Assembly: GCA_002450835.1 (NCBI GenBank)
Contig: DKAM01000030.1
Span: 153,331-217,330, forward strand
DNA: 64,000 nt
Source of the DNA: Dehalococcoidia bacterium UBA6926
GTDB lineage: Bacteria > Chloroflexota > Dehalococcoidia > UBA6926
Direction: 5' to 3'
In this document: positions 10,640 to 19,983 of the stretch, piece after piece
Position numbering within the stretch: the first letter of the stretch is position 1
How the letters are laid out: the number at the start of each line of letters is the position of its first letter
Notes under the pieces: model-generated
The model's input: only the letters and a program-made list of their open reading frames with translations
Told to the model about the DNA's origin: nothing
Databases searched by the model: none
Translations under genes and position numbers: made by a program

Positions 10640-11251
10640 ATGGATTCATTTGACAACCATAAAGGTATAGTTACCCCTTTAGACCGTTCAAACGTAGATA
10701 CAGATCAAATAATACCCGCTGAATATTTGAAAAGGGTGGAACGAACTGGATTTGGACCTTTCTTATTCAATGACTGGAGAAAGTTACCCAACGGGAAACC
10801 TGATCCCGATTTTGTTCTGAACCAATCTTTCTATGATATCGGAACGATACTTGTAGCAAGGCGCAATTTTGGAAGTGGGTCTAGCAGGGAACACGCTGTA
10901 TGGGCGTTAATGAATCATGGATTTAAAGCAATTGTAGCTTCAAGTTTTGCCGAAATATTCCACAAAAATTCTTTTGAAAACGGCCTTGTGCCAGTGATAC
11001 TGCCAGATGAACATATATCAACAATTTTAGATCGCGCAGCAGCACAACCGGGATACCAGCTTTTTATTGACTTGAATAATTGCGAAGTGAGCGATGATCA
11101 CGGCCTACATGTTCCTTTTGTTTTGCACCAGGATCCTAGCACCCATGATTTCAGAAGAAACACTTTGCTAAATGGACTAGACAGCATAGGGTTAACTCTT
11201 CAGCAAGAAACCAAAATCGATGCATACGAAAAAAATGTTAGGCATGACTAA
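10640..11251 (+). CDS. leuD: 3-Isopropylmalate dehydratase small subunit
   Basis: Aconitase swivel-domain protein of 203 aa, immediately downstream of leuC. Confidence 0.9.
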   Translation: MDSFDNHKGIVTPLDRSNVDTDQIIPAEYLKRVERTGFGPFLFNDWRKLPNGKPDPDFVLNQSFYDIGTILVARRNFGSGSSREHAVWALMNHGFKAIVASSFAEIFHKNSFENGLVPVILPDEHISTILDRAAAQPGYQLFIDLNNCEVSDDHGLHVPFVLHQDPSTHDFRRNTLLNGLDSIGLTLQQETKIDAYEKNVRHD

Positions 11252-11326
11252 ATTTATAAAATAATTAATACATAAGTTAATAAAATAATTAGGAACCGAT
11301 AATGGAAATAGATCAGGGAGCGTATT

Positions 11327-12463
11327 TTGAACTATAAGATAGCCGTGCTACCCGGCGATGGGATTGGACCAGAAGTTACCGATCAGGCAATAAGGGTTCT
11401 ACAAAGCATAGCAACAAGGTTTGGACATTCCTTTGAACTGGAAACAGCTTTAGTAGGTGGCATTGCTATTGACCAAACTGGAAGCGCGTTACCAACCCAA
11501 ACCTTGGAAATAGCAAAAAAATCAGATTCAATTTTGTTTGGAGCTGTAGGTGGACCAAAGTGGGATGATCCGGCGGCTAAAACTCGACCAGAGGCGGGAT
11601 TACTAGCATTACGCAAATCATTGCAATTATTTGCGAATCTACGACCTGTTACAGCTCACCCAGACCTAATAGGGGCATCTCCCATTAGACAAAATCTAAT
11701 CTCAGGTGTGGATCTAATTGTTGTGAGAGAGCTTACCGGCGGTTTATATTTTGCAAACCCAAAAAAAAGGTGGTCAACAACCAGAGGAAGAAGAGCCGTT
11801 GACTCGCTTAAATACACTGAACAAGAAATACGACGTGTTTTACAAGTAGGCTATGAGCTTGCCAGATCGAGAAGAAAGAAATTGACATCCGTTGACAAAG
11901 CAAACGTTCTAGAGTCGTCTCGTTTATGGCGCGAAATTGCAGAAGAAGTAGCCCTAGAAAATCCGGATATTCAAACTGAGCATATATTAGTAGACGCGTG
12001 TGCGATGCACCTTATACAGAGACCAAAAGATTTTGACGTTATAGTTACAGAAAACATGTTTGGTGACATATTAACAGACGAAGCATCGGTACTAGCGGGT
12101 TCCATGGGAATGTTACCCTCCGCAAGTTTGGGGACTAGGAAACTCAGAAAAAAGGGCGCTCAATTGTTCGGGCTTTACGAGCCTATCCATGGCTCAGCAC
12201 CCGACATAGCAGGAAAAAATTTGGCTAACCCTCTCGCGGCTATCTCGAGCCTTTCGATGATGTTTAAGTTGTCTTTAGGGTTAGATGAAGAGGCAGAGGC
12301 GATCGATAAAGCTATAGACACTACACTCTCGAAAGGTTATCGAACGGTAGATATATTCTCGCAGGGAAATGGGAATATCAGAGTTAACACTTCAGAAATG
12401 ACTGATCAAATCATTGAAAGAATAGCGAACCCAAACAAGAACAGAGTACCAAAGCCCTTATAA
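11327..12463 (+). CDS. leuB: 3-Isopropylmalate dehydrogenase
   Basis: Isocitrate/isopropylmalate DH family with 'IAVLPGDGIGPEV'. TTG start, 6 nt after AGGGAG. Confidence 0.85.
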   Translation: MNYKIAVLPGDGIGPEVTDQAIRVLQSIATRFGHSFELETALVGGIAIDQTGSALPTQTLEIAKKSDSILFGAVGGPKWDDPAAKTRPEAGLLALRKSLQLFANLRPVTAHPDLIGASPIRQNLISGVDLIVVRELTGGLYFANPKKRWSTTRGRRAVDSLKYTEQEIRRVLQVGYELARSRRKKLTSVDKANVLESSRLWREIAEEVALENPDIQTEHILVDACAMHLIQRPKDFDVIVTENMFGDILTDEASVLAGSMGMLPSASLGTRKLRKKGAQLFGLYEPIHGSAPDIAGKNLANPLAAISSLSMMFKLSLGLDEEAEAIDKAIDTTLSKGYRTVDIFSQGNGNIRVNTSEMTDQIIERIANPNKNRVPKPL

Positions 12464-12528
12464 AAGCGTCAGATGCTTTATACTAACTATAATAAACATA
12501 ACCATTAATTATTAAGGAGTCTAAGGAA

Positions 12529-14145
12529 ATGTCTTCAAAAAAGGGTGCCGTCATTCTTTATGACACCACTCTTCGCGATGGAACTCAACAAGAGGGTATA
12601 TCTCTTACTGTTAAAGATAAGTTAGATATAACAACAAAGCTCGATGAAATCGGCATAGATATTATCGAAGGTGGTTGGCCTTATTCAAATCCTAAAGATG
12701 AAGAATATTTCCGACGAGTATCTAAATTAGAACTCAGTCACTCGCGTATAGCCGCCTTTGGGTCAACTAGGCGAGCGGGTACTTCCGCAGCTGAAGACCC
12801 AAATATTCAGGCATTAGTTGAATCAAAAGCCGAAATAATAACTATTGTCGGAAAAACATGGGATCTGCATGTTCTAGAAGTGTTAGAGACTTCACTAGAT
12901 GAAAACATCGGTATGATACGAGATTCTATATCCTACCTAAAATCGAAATCGTTAGAAGTTCATTTCGACGCAGAACATTTTTTTGATGGGTTTGAAGCCA
13001 ATAAAGATTACGCTCTTAAATCGATACAAGCAGCAGCAAATGCAGGAGCCGACGCAATCCACTTATGTGATACCAATGGAGGCGTACTTCCTAACAAGCT
13101 GTCGATAATCATTGAAGAAGTAAAGGAAACAATATCTACACCCCTAGGAATCCACGTGCATAATGACGGTGAGTTGGCAGTTGCAAACAGTATAACTGCT
13201 GTTGAAAAGGGAGTGGAATATGTCCAAGGAACCGTTAATGGGTACGGGGAGCGTTGCGGTAATGCAAATTTATGTTCAATCATACCCACTTTGCAAATAA
13301 AAATGGGTTTAAAAGTCGTTAATCCAGATCAAATGAAAAAATTATCAATAATCGCGAAAGAGATCTCAGAATTAATGAACATGGGCATAAACCCATCGCA
13401 ACCTTACGTCGGATCAAGAGCCTTTGCCCACAAAGGCGGACTCCACGCCTCCGCTGTGGCAAAAGTAGAACGCAGTTATGAACATATGGACCCAAACATA
13501 ATAGGGAATGACAGGAAAATAGTTGTTTCAGAACTTGCAGGAAGATCAAATATTTTATCGGCAGCTGAAAAGATGGGGGTGGAAATCACTAAGGATGAAA
13601 GCCTGCGAATACTGGAAAGTGTTAAAACCGCGGAGTCCGAAGGTTTTCAGTATGAAGGAGCGGACGCATCTTTGGAAATGCTTGTAAGAAGAAACACCGG
13701 TAATTATAAGGCTCCTTTCGTTTTAGAAGATTTTATGGTGCTAGCTGAAAAACTCCGTAGACTCCCCGTCAGCACCAGCGAAGAGAAGGATGATGATCTG
13801 CTTTCAGAAGCAATGGTCAAAGTCAGAATTGGCGACAATGTTTACCACACGGCTGCTGAAGGTAATGGCCCAGTAAATGCTTTAGACGAAGCATTGCGAA
13901 AAGCTCTAAGAGACTACTTCCCAAGGATAGACGAAATAAGGCTTACAGACTATAAGGTAAGGATACTTAATGAGGAGGGAGCAACGGGAGCCGCTGTAAG
14001 GGTTTTGATAGAATCTACTGATGGAAAAGAATCATGGAACACTGTAGGTAGTTCAACCAACATAATATATGCTTCCTGGTTAGCTTTAATCGATTCTATT
14101 GAGTATTGGATGCTCAAGTCCAGTACAAGTAATCCTAGCTCTTAA
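12529..14145 (+). CDS. cimA: (R)-Citramalate synthase (LeuA paralog of the CimA type)
   Basis: 'LYDTTLRDGTQQEG' and 'HVHNDGELAVANS' are present. 538 aa with a LeuA-dimer-like C-terminal domain. The architecture matches CimA-type citramalate synthases, placed last in the ilv/leu operon. Confidence 0.75.
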   Translation: MSSKKGAVILYDTTLRDGTQQEGISLTVKDKLDITTKLDEIGIDIIEGGWPYSNPKDEEYFRRVSKLELSHSRIAAFGSTRRAGTSAAEDPNIQALVESKAEIITIVGKTWDLHVLEVLETSLDENIGMIRDSISYLKSKSLEVHFDAEHFFDGFEANKDYALKSIQAAANAGADAIHLCDTNGGVLPNKLSIIIEEVKETISTPLGIHVHNDGELAVANSITAVEKGVEYVQGTVNGYGERCGNANLCSIIPTLQIKMGLKVVNPDQMKKLSIIAKEISELMNMGINPSQPYVGSRAFAHKGGLHASAVAKVERSYEHMDPNIIGNDRKIVVSELAGRSNILSAAEKMGVEITKDESLRILESVKTAESEGFQYEGADASLEMLVRRNTGNYKAPFVLEDFMVLAEKLRRLPVSTSEEKDDDLLSEAMVKVRIGDNVYHTAAEGNGPVNALDEALRKALRDYFPRIDEIRLTDYKVRILNEEGATGAAVRVLIESTDGKESWNTVGSSTNIIYASWLALIDSIEYWMLKSSTSNPSS

Positions 14146-14158
14146 TAACAGAATAAAT

Positions 14159-15010
14159 ATGTTCGTAAGCAAGTACATAAAACAAGATAAGGATGGCAAG
14201 CACGTCATCACTCACCCAGATAAAAGGGAAATGATTCTATCTGGCTTGCTAAGGGTACATTTTTATAGACTTCTCAATACAACTCCAGAAAATGCGACTG
14301 ATGAACAGGTTCTTGAATTTTTTGAACTAAGAACTAGAGAAACCTCAGAGGGCAAACTTTCAACTAAAACAATTGGCAGTGAATCTGCTGCAGACATGGT
14401 TAGTCGCGAACTCAAAATAGTGAACTACCAGCAAGTCATGGCAAACAATGATCAGGCAGACATACCTTTCAATGAATCGGATTTTTCTCCAAGGGAACTC
14501 CCAAATCAAGCAAAAAAATCATCGGGGAAAGTACTTCAGAATCAACCCGAAAGGAACAATAAAATCTTGCCCCCGATACCTAGATATAAAGCAGCGACGA
14601 CCACCGTTAGTAACTCTGATAAGTTTGATAAGCGAATTACTCAAGAGGAAACTCCTGGGGAATCTAGAACTGCAGCCGATCACGAGCCGTCAATATCTAG
14701 TAAATTCTTGCGTCAAGAAAACAATGCTTTATATATACAGACGCCAAACGGGGAAGAGGAAAGAGTTACTGAATATATGAAAGTCCATTTCAAAAGAATG
14801 CTAGAAAAAGACATCTCTTCTGCGACAAATGGAGATATAGAAACCTGGTGGAATATTCAAGGTAGTTTAGATCCAGGAATTTCAATGCAAGAAGCAAGGT
14901 CTCAGAATTTATTAACTGATGCTCTAAAAGCTGCAGGTAAGTTACAAGACCAAGAATTACTATCGCTTAATGAAACTATAAAAATATGGCTCGAGGCTAG
15001 AGGGCGGTAA
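14159..15010 (+). CDS. Hypothetical protein, polar and low-complexity
   Basis: Open frame with no recognisable domain. Start chosen at ATG 14159, just after the cimA stop. The six-frame ORF from 14099 would overlap cimA. Confidence 0.45.
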   Translation: MFVSKYIKQDKDGKHVITHPDKREMILSGLLRVHFYRLLNTTPENATDEQVLEFFELRTRETSEGKLSTKTIGSESAADMVSRELKIVNYQQVMANNDQADIPFNESDFSPRELPNQAKKSSGKVLQNQPERNNKILPPIPRYKAATTTVSNSDKFDKRITQEETPGESRTAADHEPSISSKFLRQENNALYIQTPNGEEERVTEYMKVHFKRMLEKDISSATNGDIETWWNIQGSLDPGISMQEARSQNLLTDALKAAGKLQDQELLSLNETIKIWLEARGR

Positions 15011-15041
15011 ACCATACAAAGATGTAGCCACGATGCGCTGA

Positions 15042-15383
15042 TCAGTCTACTGGAATTGTTAGAACAAAAGATCCGATGATTGCACTAGGAAGCAATGCAG
15101 CTCCATAAGTTGAAATCGTAGCAAAAGAGATTACAACCAGGAAAAAAACGCTGATGGATACCATAAACGTTCCATACCACTTTTTTTTGTTGCGTATATA
15201 AGTACCTAAGCTAATACCCAGATATAAAAAAATACAAACAAGGATAAGTACCAAAAACGTTACATAACTTTGATCAATGTATAGTTCTGGGTAAATGTAT
15301 CGCCAATACCAATTAGCTATCCCTACAACCCCTATAAGGCCTAAGATGGTACTAGATGTAGCTATTTTAAAAGCCATTATCAA
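15042..15383 (-). CDS. Small integral membrane protein (about 4 TM)
   Basis: Hydrophobic 113-aa ORF, directly downstream of and co-oriented with the JAMM gene. Confidence 0.4.
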   Translation of the reverse strand: MIMAFKIATSSTILGLIGVVGIANWYWRYIYPELYIDQSYVTFLVLILVCIFLYLGISLGTYIRNKKKWYGTFMVSISVFFLVVISFATISTYGAALLPSAIIGSFVLTIPVD

Positions 15384-15385
15384 AC

Positions 15386-15820
15386 CTAATCGTTGCCTTC
15401 ATCTATAAGATTTAAACGCTTTTCTGTTACGTCCCCATCGAGAATACTAAAACACCTCACGACTGGTTTATCTTGGTCTTCAAGTGAAACAATCAAATAG
15501 TAGGAATCGCTCCATGCTGCTAGATTACGATCAGTTTGTGAAGGGTACGCTTCTGTATGAGTATGAGAATGGTAAAACCCCCATATATCCCAGTTCTTCT
15601 TTTCTAGCAGCTGATATATATCATAGAATTCTTTTGGATCCATATTGTACCGGAAAGGGCTCTGTTCAATATTAGTAACTTCGTATAATTCGAATTCACC
15701 ATCCCCGCTAGTTCCTATTATTCCACAACATTCATTAGGGGTTTCCTTATTAGCATGATCAATTATTCGTTTAGTGATCCGAGCTTGCAAATTTACATTT
15801 TCCAAGAATTCCGCACCCAC
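15386..15820 (-). CDS. Mov34/MPN/PAD-1 (JAMM) family metallopeptidase, Mec+/QbsD-like
   Basis: 'NECCGIIG' plus 'HSHTHTEAYPSQTD' give the complete JAMM motif E...HxHx7Sx2D. 144 aa is the size of standalone prokaryotic JAMM isopeptidases. GTG start. Confidence 0.75.
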   Translation of the reverse strand: MGAEFLENVNLQARITKRIIDHANKETPNECCGIIGTSGDGEFELYEVTNIEQSPFRYNMDPKEFYDIYQLLEKKNWDIWGFYHSHTHTEAYPSQTDRNLAAWSDSYYLIVSLEDQDKPVVRCFSILDGDVTEKRLNLIDEGND

Positions 15821-15854
15821 CTTCCTGTCAGATTGTTATCTACTCATAAAGATT

Positions 15855-16100
15855 TTAGTCATTTTTTATAACGCTACGCTCATCAAACATCAAATAATGC
15901 AACGGACAAACAACTCCACTAGACAAAAATTGCTGAGTTGATCCCTGAGAAATGTTATTGCCATTGGATGTATTAGCATGATTATCCAATCTCATTGTCA
16001 TAAAATGTAAGAGCAAGACGAAAAACATCACAACCAAAAATGCCAGGATAACAGGTATAATCAGCGAAAACCGTTGGAGTAGATAACTCATATGGTACAC
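15855..16100 (-). CDS. Small hypothetical membrane protein (1 TM)
   Basis: 81-aa ORF between selD and the JAMM gene with one strongly hydrophobic helix. No known domain. Confidence 0.35.
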   Translation of the reverse strand: MYHMSYLLQRFSLIIPVILAFLVVMFFVLLLHFMTMRLDNHANTSNGNNISQGSTQQFLSSGVVCPLHYLMFDERSVIKND

Positions 16101-16109
16101 ACTTTATCC

Positions 16110-17147
16110 TTATACTACGGAAATAATGGAGGTCTCGGTAACTGTCCCAATTGTTGATCCTTTGACATTCCTTTTATCTAATTCCGCCAGTAGTTTCCCA
16201 TGTAACTCTGGAGCAACCGAGATCAATAACCCCCCTGAAGTTTGAGCATCCACTAAAATGGCTCGTGCAGAGTCAGTAATTGAAGACCCCCAATCAATAT
16301 CGTTTTCTATCCACATCTGATTCTTCATAGACCCAGCCGGTATAATCATTCTGTCAGCTAAATCCCATGCTACACCTATCACAGGTACATCTTGCAAAGT
16401 GATAGTGGCTCCAACATTACTATTATCGAGCAACCTTTTTAGGTGGCCAAGAAGCCCAAACCCTGTAACATCAGTACAGGCATGCGCTCCGACTTCCATC
16501 ATTGCGTCCGCAGCATCTTTGTTTAGGGTAGCCATAACATCTACTACTTCTTTCAAGCCCGCTTTATCCAGCAATTCATTCTTGTGAGCGGTGGTTAAAA
16601 TCCCAGATCCTAACGGCTTTGTAAGTACTAATTTATCTCCAGCAACAGCACCTTGATTAGCGACCTGGTGGCCTGGAGTTACTATACCTGTAACCGATAA
16701 ACCATACTTAGGTTCTGGATCGTCTATAGTATGTCCGCCAACAATTATGACTCCTGCCTCGCTCGCTTTTTCGGAACCACCCTTAAGTATCTCGGCAAGA
16801 ATATCTTTGTCCAAATTATCTGGAAATCCAACTATATTCAAAGCAAGTAAAGGATGCCCTCCCATGGCGTAAACATCGCTCAAAGCATTAGCCACTGCGA
16901 TTGCTCCGTAGTCATACGGATCGTCTACAACAGGGGGGAAAAAATCAACCGTCTGGATAATTGCTATTTCATCGCTTAATCGATACACCGCGGCATCATC
17001 CCCGGTGTTTATACCAACAAGTAAATTAGGATCTTCTATGGATGGTAAGTGTCGCAAAACTTGCGCGAGCTCGGCAGGGCCGAGTTTTGCAGCTCAACCA
17101 GCACAGTGCGAAAAAGTAGTGAGCCGCACATTTTCGTTATTATTCAT
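16110..17147 (-). CDS. selD: Selenide, water dikinase (selenophosphate synthetase), selenocysteine-containing (Sec at the TGA at 17094-17096)
   Basis: The six-frame ORF 16110..17057 begins mid-protein at 'MRHLPS'. Reading the same frame upstream through TGA gives MNNNENVRLTTFSHCAG-U-AAKLGPAELAQVLRHLPS. This aligns to E. coli SelD [30 protein letters not shown], with the TGA at the catalytic Cys17 position. The body is a PurM-like fold with DDAAVY and VGGH motifs. Confidence 0.85.
17054..17090 (-). promoter_or_regulatory. SECIS-like mRNA hairpin immediately 3' of the selD UGA
   Basis: On the minus strand, GCAAAAC...GUUUUGC forms a 7-bp outer stem around an inner CUCGG/CCGAG hairpin. It starts 4 nt after the UGA. 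Confidence 0.45.
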
Positions 17148-17179
17148 AATCCAAACCCAGTTCTCCAATTAGCGTACGA

Positions 17180-17938
17180 TTAATTCATTTGCTTTAACAT
17201 TGTAAGTGCAACCATTGAAGCTGCTACCCCATTATCGATATTTACTACCGATAATCCAAGTGAGCACGATTGAAGCATGGTTGATAGGGCCGCTACACCC
17301 TCGCCTCCAAATCCACTACCTGTTGACGTAGGAACTCCTATGACGGGGATATCGACTAATCCAGTCAAAACTGGAGCCAAGCCCCCTTCTTGTCCTGCTA
17401 CAGCAATAATAACTGATGTGTCATTTTCAATTATTTTTTCCACTGCACCCAAAAGGCGATGCAATCCTGCGATTCCCACATCCTGATATAAATCTAATTT
17501 AACTTCGAAAGCATCTAGAATAACTTTACTTTGTAGAGCCACCGGCATATCTGAAGTTCCAGCGGTTACTATAGCTACGCGTCCATTTATTTGACTAATC
17601 TTGTAATCCTCTTTTTGGGCAACTAAAACAGCTGCCTCCGAATCATAATTGATCTGTATACCCTTATTCCCTTCAGCTAAAAGTCTAGAGTGTTGCTCGC
17701 TAGCGTTAGAAACGACAACTAATCCTTCTGTATCAAGTATAGGTCGAGCCAGGCTCATGACTCGTTCATCTGTTTTGCCTTTTGCTGAAACTACGTCAGG
17801 TTTTCCAACCCTACTATTTCTACCAATATCCAAATTTGCCATTCCTTTAAGTTCATGGATCGCAAATAGTTTAAGCCGATGCTCGGCGTCTTCTACGGAT
17901 ATTTCACCTTCAGCTAGTAATTTTAAGATATCTTTCAT
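17180..17938 (-). CDS. larB: LarB-like PurE-family carboxylase (nickel-pincer cofactor biosynthesis protein LarB homolog)
   Basis: The N-terminal 'LDIGRNSRVGKPDVVSAKGKT' matches the LarB N-domain. The C-terminal PurE-like half carries 'AVAGQEGGLAPVLTGLVDIPVIGVPTS'. Confidence 0.65.
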   Translation of the reverse strand: MKDILKLLAEGEISVEDAEHRLKLFAIHELKGMANLDIGRNSRVGKPDVVSAKGKTDERVMSLARPILDTEGLVVVSNASEQHSRLLAEGNKGIQINYDSEAAVLVAQKEDYKISQINGRVAIVTAGTSDMPVALQSKVILDAFEVKLDLYQDVGIAGLHRLLGAVEKIIENDTSVIIAVAGQEGGLAPVLTGLVDIPVIGVPTSTGSGFGGEGVAALSTMLQSCSLGLSVVNIDNGVAASMVALTMLKQMN

Positions 17939-17949
17939 GCAAGGAGCTC

Positions 17950-19791
17950 CTAATCAGATACGGTAGGTTCGTCGATAGGATCATCTAATAAACGATCCAG
18001 AGCCTCTCCTTCTGCTGTTTCCTCTTCAACAAGAAATGCCGCTAAACGGTCCAGTTTTGCTCTATTATTTGTTAGTATCTGTATCGCATCTTTATAACAG
18101 TCTGCTACAAGAGTACTTACTTCCTGATCAATCTCATCTGCTACCTTCTCACCATAATTACGCTGTTCAGATATTTCTCTTCCTAGAAACACCATCTCTT
18201 CTCTTTTACCAAGAGTTAATGGGCCTAAAGATTCACTCATCCCATATTGTGTAATCATGCGGCGCGCAATATTAGTCACTTGCTCCAAATCATTGGAAGC
18301 GCCAGTACTAATATCACCAAAAACAATATCCTCTGCAGCCCGCCCGCCCAGAGCAGCCTTAATTGACGATATTAGCTGTGACTTGGTCCTTAAGTTACTT
18401 TCTTCTTTTGGTAAAAACCTAGTGTAACCACCCATCATTCCTCTTGAAACAATAGTAACTTTTTGCACTGGATCTGCGTCTGGTGTTAAATGGCCAACTA
18501 GTGCATGACCGGCTTCGTGATATGCGGTTGTCTTTTTTTCTCGCTCAGTTACAAGTCGACTTTTTCGTTCAGGGCCGGCGAAAACCCGATCGACGGCTTC
18601 AGTTAGTTCATCATATCCAACGGATTTCTTATTTCTCCTAGCCGCTAGTATTGCTGCCTCGTTAATAAGGTTAGCAAGATCTGCCCCACTGAAACCAGGG
18701 GTCTGCTTACTCACTAGCTCCATATCTATATCATTTTGTAATGGCTTTCCTTTTGAATGAACTTTAAGAATGTCTGCCCTACCTTTTACATCAGGGAGAT
18801 CAATAGTTACTCTACGATCAAACCGGCCGGGTCTTAATAGGGCAGGATCCAAAATATCTGGCCTGTTTGTAGCAGCTATCACAATAACGTTGGTCGTAGA
18901 ATCAAAGCCATCCATCTCAACAAGTATCTGATTGAGAGTTTGCTCACGCTCATCATGGCCACCACCTAAGCCGGCTCCCCTATGTCTACCCACAGCATCT
19001 ATTTCATCAACGAAGACAATTGACGGATTATTTCTCTTAGCTTGGTCAAATAGATCTCTGACCCTGCTGGCCCCTACTCCTACAAACATTTCTACAAACT
19101 CAGAGCCGCTAATCGAAAAGAAAGGAACTTCTGCTTCCCCAGCAACAGCTCTTGCTAGCAAAGTTTTACCTCCTCCAGGAGGGCCTACCAAAAGTACTCC
19201 GCTTGGAATTTTTGCTCCTAAACTTGAAAATTTTTCAGGGAATTTTAAAAATTCTACAATCTCTTCTAGCTCTATCTTTGCTTCTTCAACGCCTGCTACA
19301 TCTGAAAAAGATACTGCAGGTTGGTTTCCTAAAAACATTTTTGCCCGGCTTCTTCCAAAGTTCATGGCTTGATTATTACCACCCTGGGCCTGGCGCATAA
19401 AGAATATTAATATTGCTCCAAAAAATATCAGTGGGGCAAAGCTAATCAAGAAACCAAATATACTGCCTAAAGTACTTCCCCCAGATGGTTTAACATCTAC
19501 TTTACCTTGGCCTTCCCCCACGCTAACACCGGCTTCAACCAACATTGAAACTACGCTAACATTAGGTTCTTTAACTACAGTGAATTGTCTTTGGTCTATA
19601 GTCGATACCTTTAACTTATCTCCGCTAACTTCTATTTCAAAAACGTTTCCTGCTTTAGCCTCATCGATCATCCATCCTAAAGATCGTGTGGTGTCACCTA
19701 CCGGAGACTGCAAATAAGAGAACAGGACCGCTACCACTGCTACGAAAACAACTAAGTAGGCAAAACTGTTACGAAACATCTTAGGATTCAT
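17950..19791 (-). CDS. ftsH: ATP-dependent zinc metalloprotease FtsH
   Basis: Two N-terminal TM segments, an AAA+ module (GPPGGGKT, Walker B DEID) and HEAGH zinc-binding. Confidence 0.95.
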   Translation of the reverse strand: MNPKMFRNSFAYLVVFVAVVAVLFSYLQSPVGDTTRSLGWMIDEAKAGNVFEIEVSGDKLKVSTIDQRQFTVVKEPNVSVVSMLVEAGVSVGEGQGKVDVKPSGGSTLGSIFGFLISFAPLIFFGAILIFFMRQAQGGNNQAMNFGRSRAKMFLGNQPAVSFSDVAGVEEAKIELEEIVEFLKFPEKFSSLGAKIPSGVLLVGPPGGGKTLLARAVAGEAEVPFFSISGSEFVEMFVGVGASRVRDLFDQAKRNNPSIVFVDEIDAVGRHRGAGLGGGHDEREQTLNQILVEMDGFDSTTNVIVIAATNRPDILDPALLRPGRFDRRVTIDLPDVKGRADILKVHSKGKPLQNDIDMELVSKQTPGFSGADLANLINEAAILAARRNKKSVGYDELTEAVDRVFAGPERKSRLVTEREKKTTAYHEAGHALVGHLTPDADPVQKVTIVSRGMMGGYTRFLPKEESNLRTKSQLISSIKAALGGRAAEDIVFGDISTGASNDLEQVTNIARRMITQYGMSESLGPLTLGKREEMVFLGREISEQRNYGEKVADEIDQEVSTLVADCYKDAIQILTNNRAKLDRLAAFLVEEETAEGEALDRLLDDPIDEPTVSD

Positions 19792-19983
19792 TCAAAGCTC
19801 CCAGATCACCTTAATAAATCATTTTTTGTATATAACTATATATGATTAAACAAACCAAACCGATTCGATTTCCCCGATAATCAACGTATTTGAATTAACA
19901 AACACGCTTCCAAACTTACCCTTTTGTAAGATATTATACTCCATATAACTCGATTCAACATAGTAAATAACCAGGAATCCAGA

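Noticed and set aside
14099-14158. Longer start (14099) for the hypothetical gene, overlapping the cimA 3' end
   Set aside because: It would overlap 47 nt of cimA in another frame. ATG 14159 just after the cimA stop is more plausible. The 5' boundary remains uncertain.
14448-14780. 110-aa plus-strand ORF inside the 14159-15010 gene in another frame
   Set aside because: It is nested in the longer ORF on the same strand, is lysine/arginine-rich and has no start signals. It is a frame shadow.
16110-17057. ORF-track start of SelD at Met 'MRHLPS' (17057)
   Set aside because: That start would remove the conserved glycine-rich N-terminal catalytic loop. The upstream in-frame extension through TGA matches the SelD N-terminus, so the start is at 17147.
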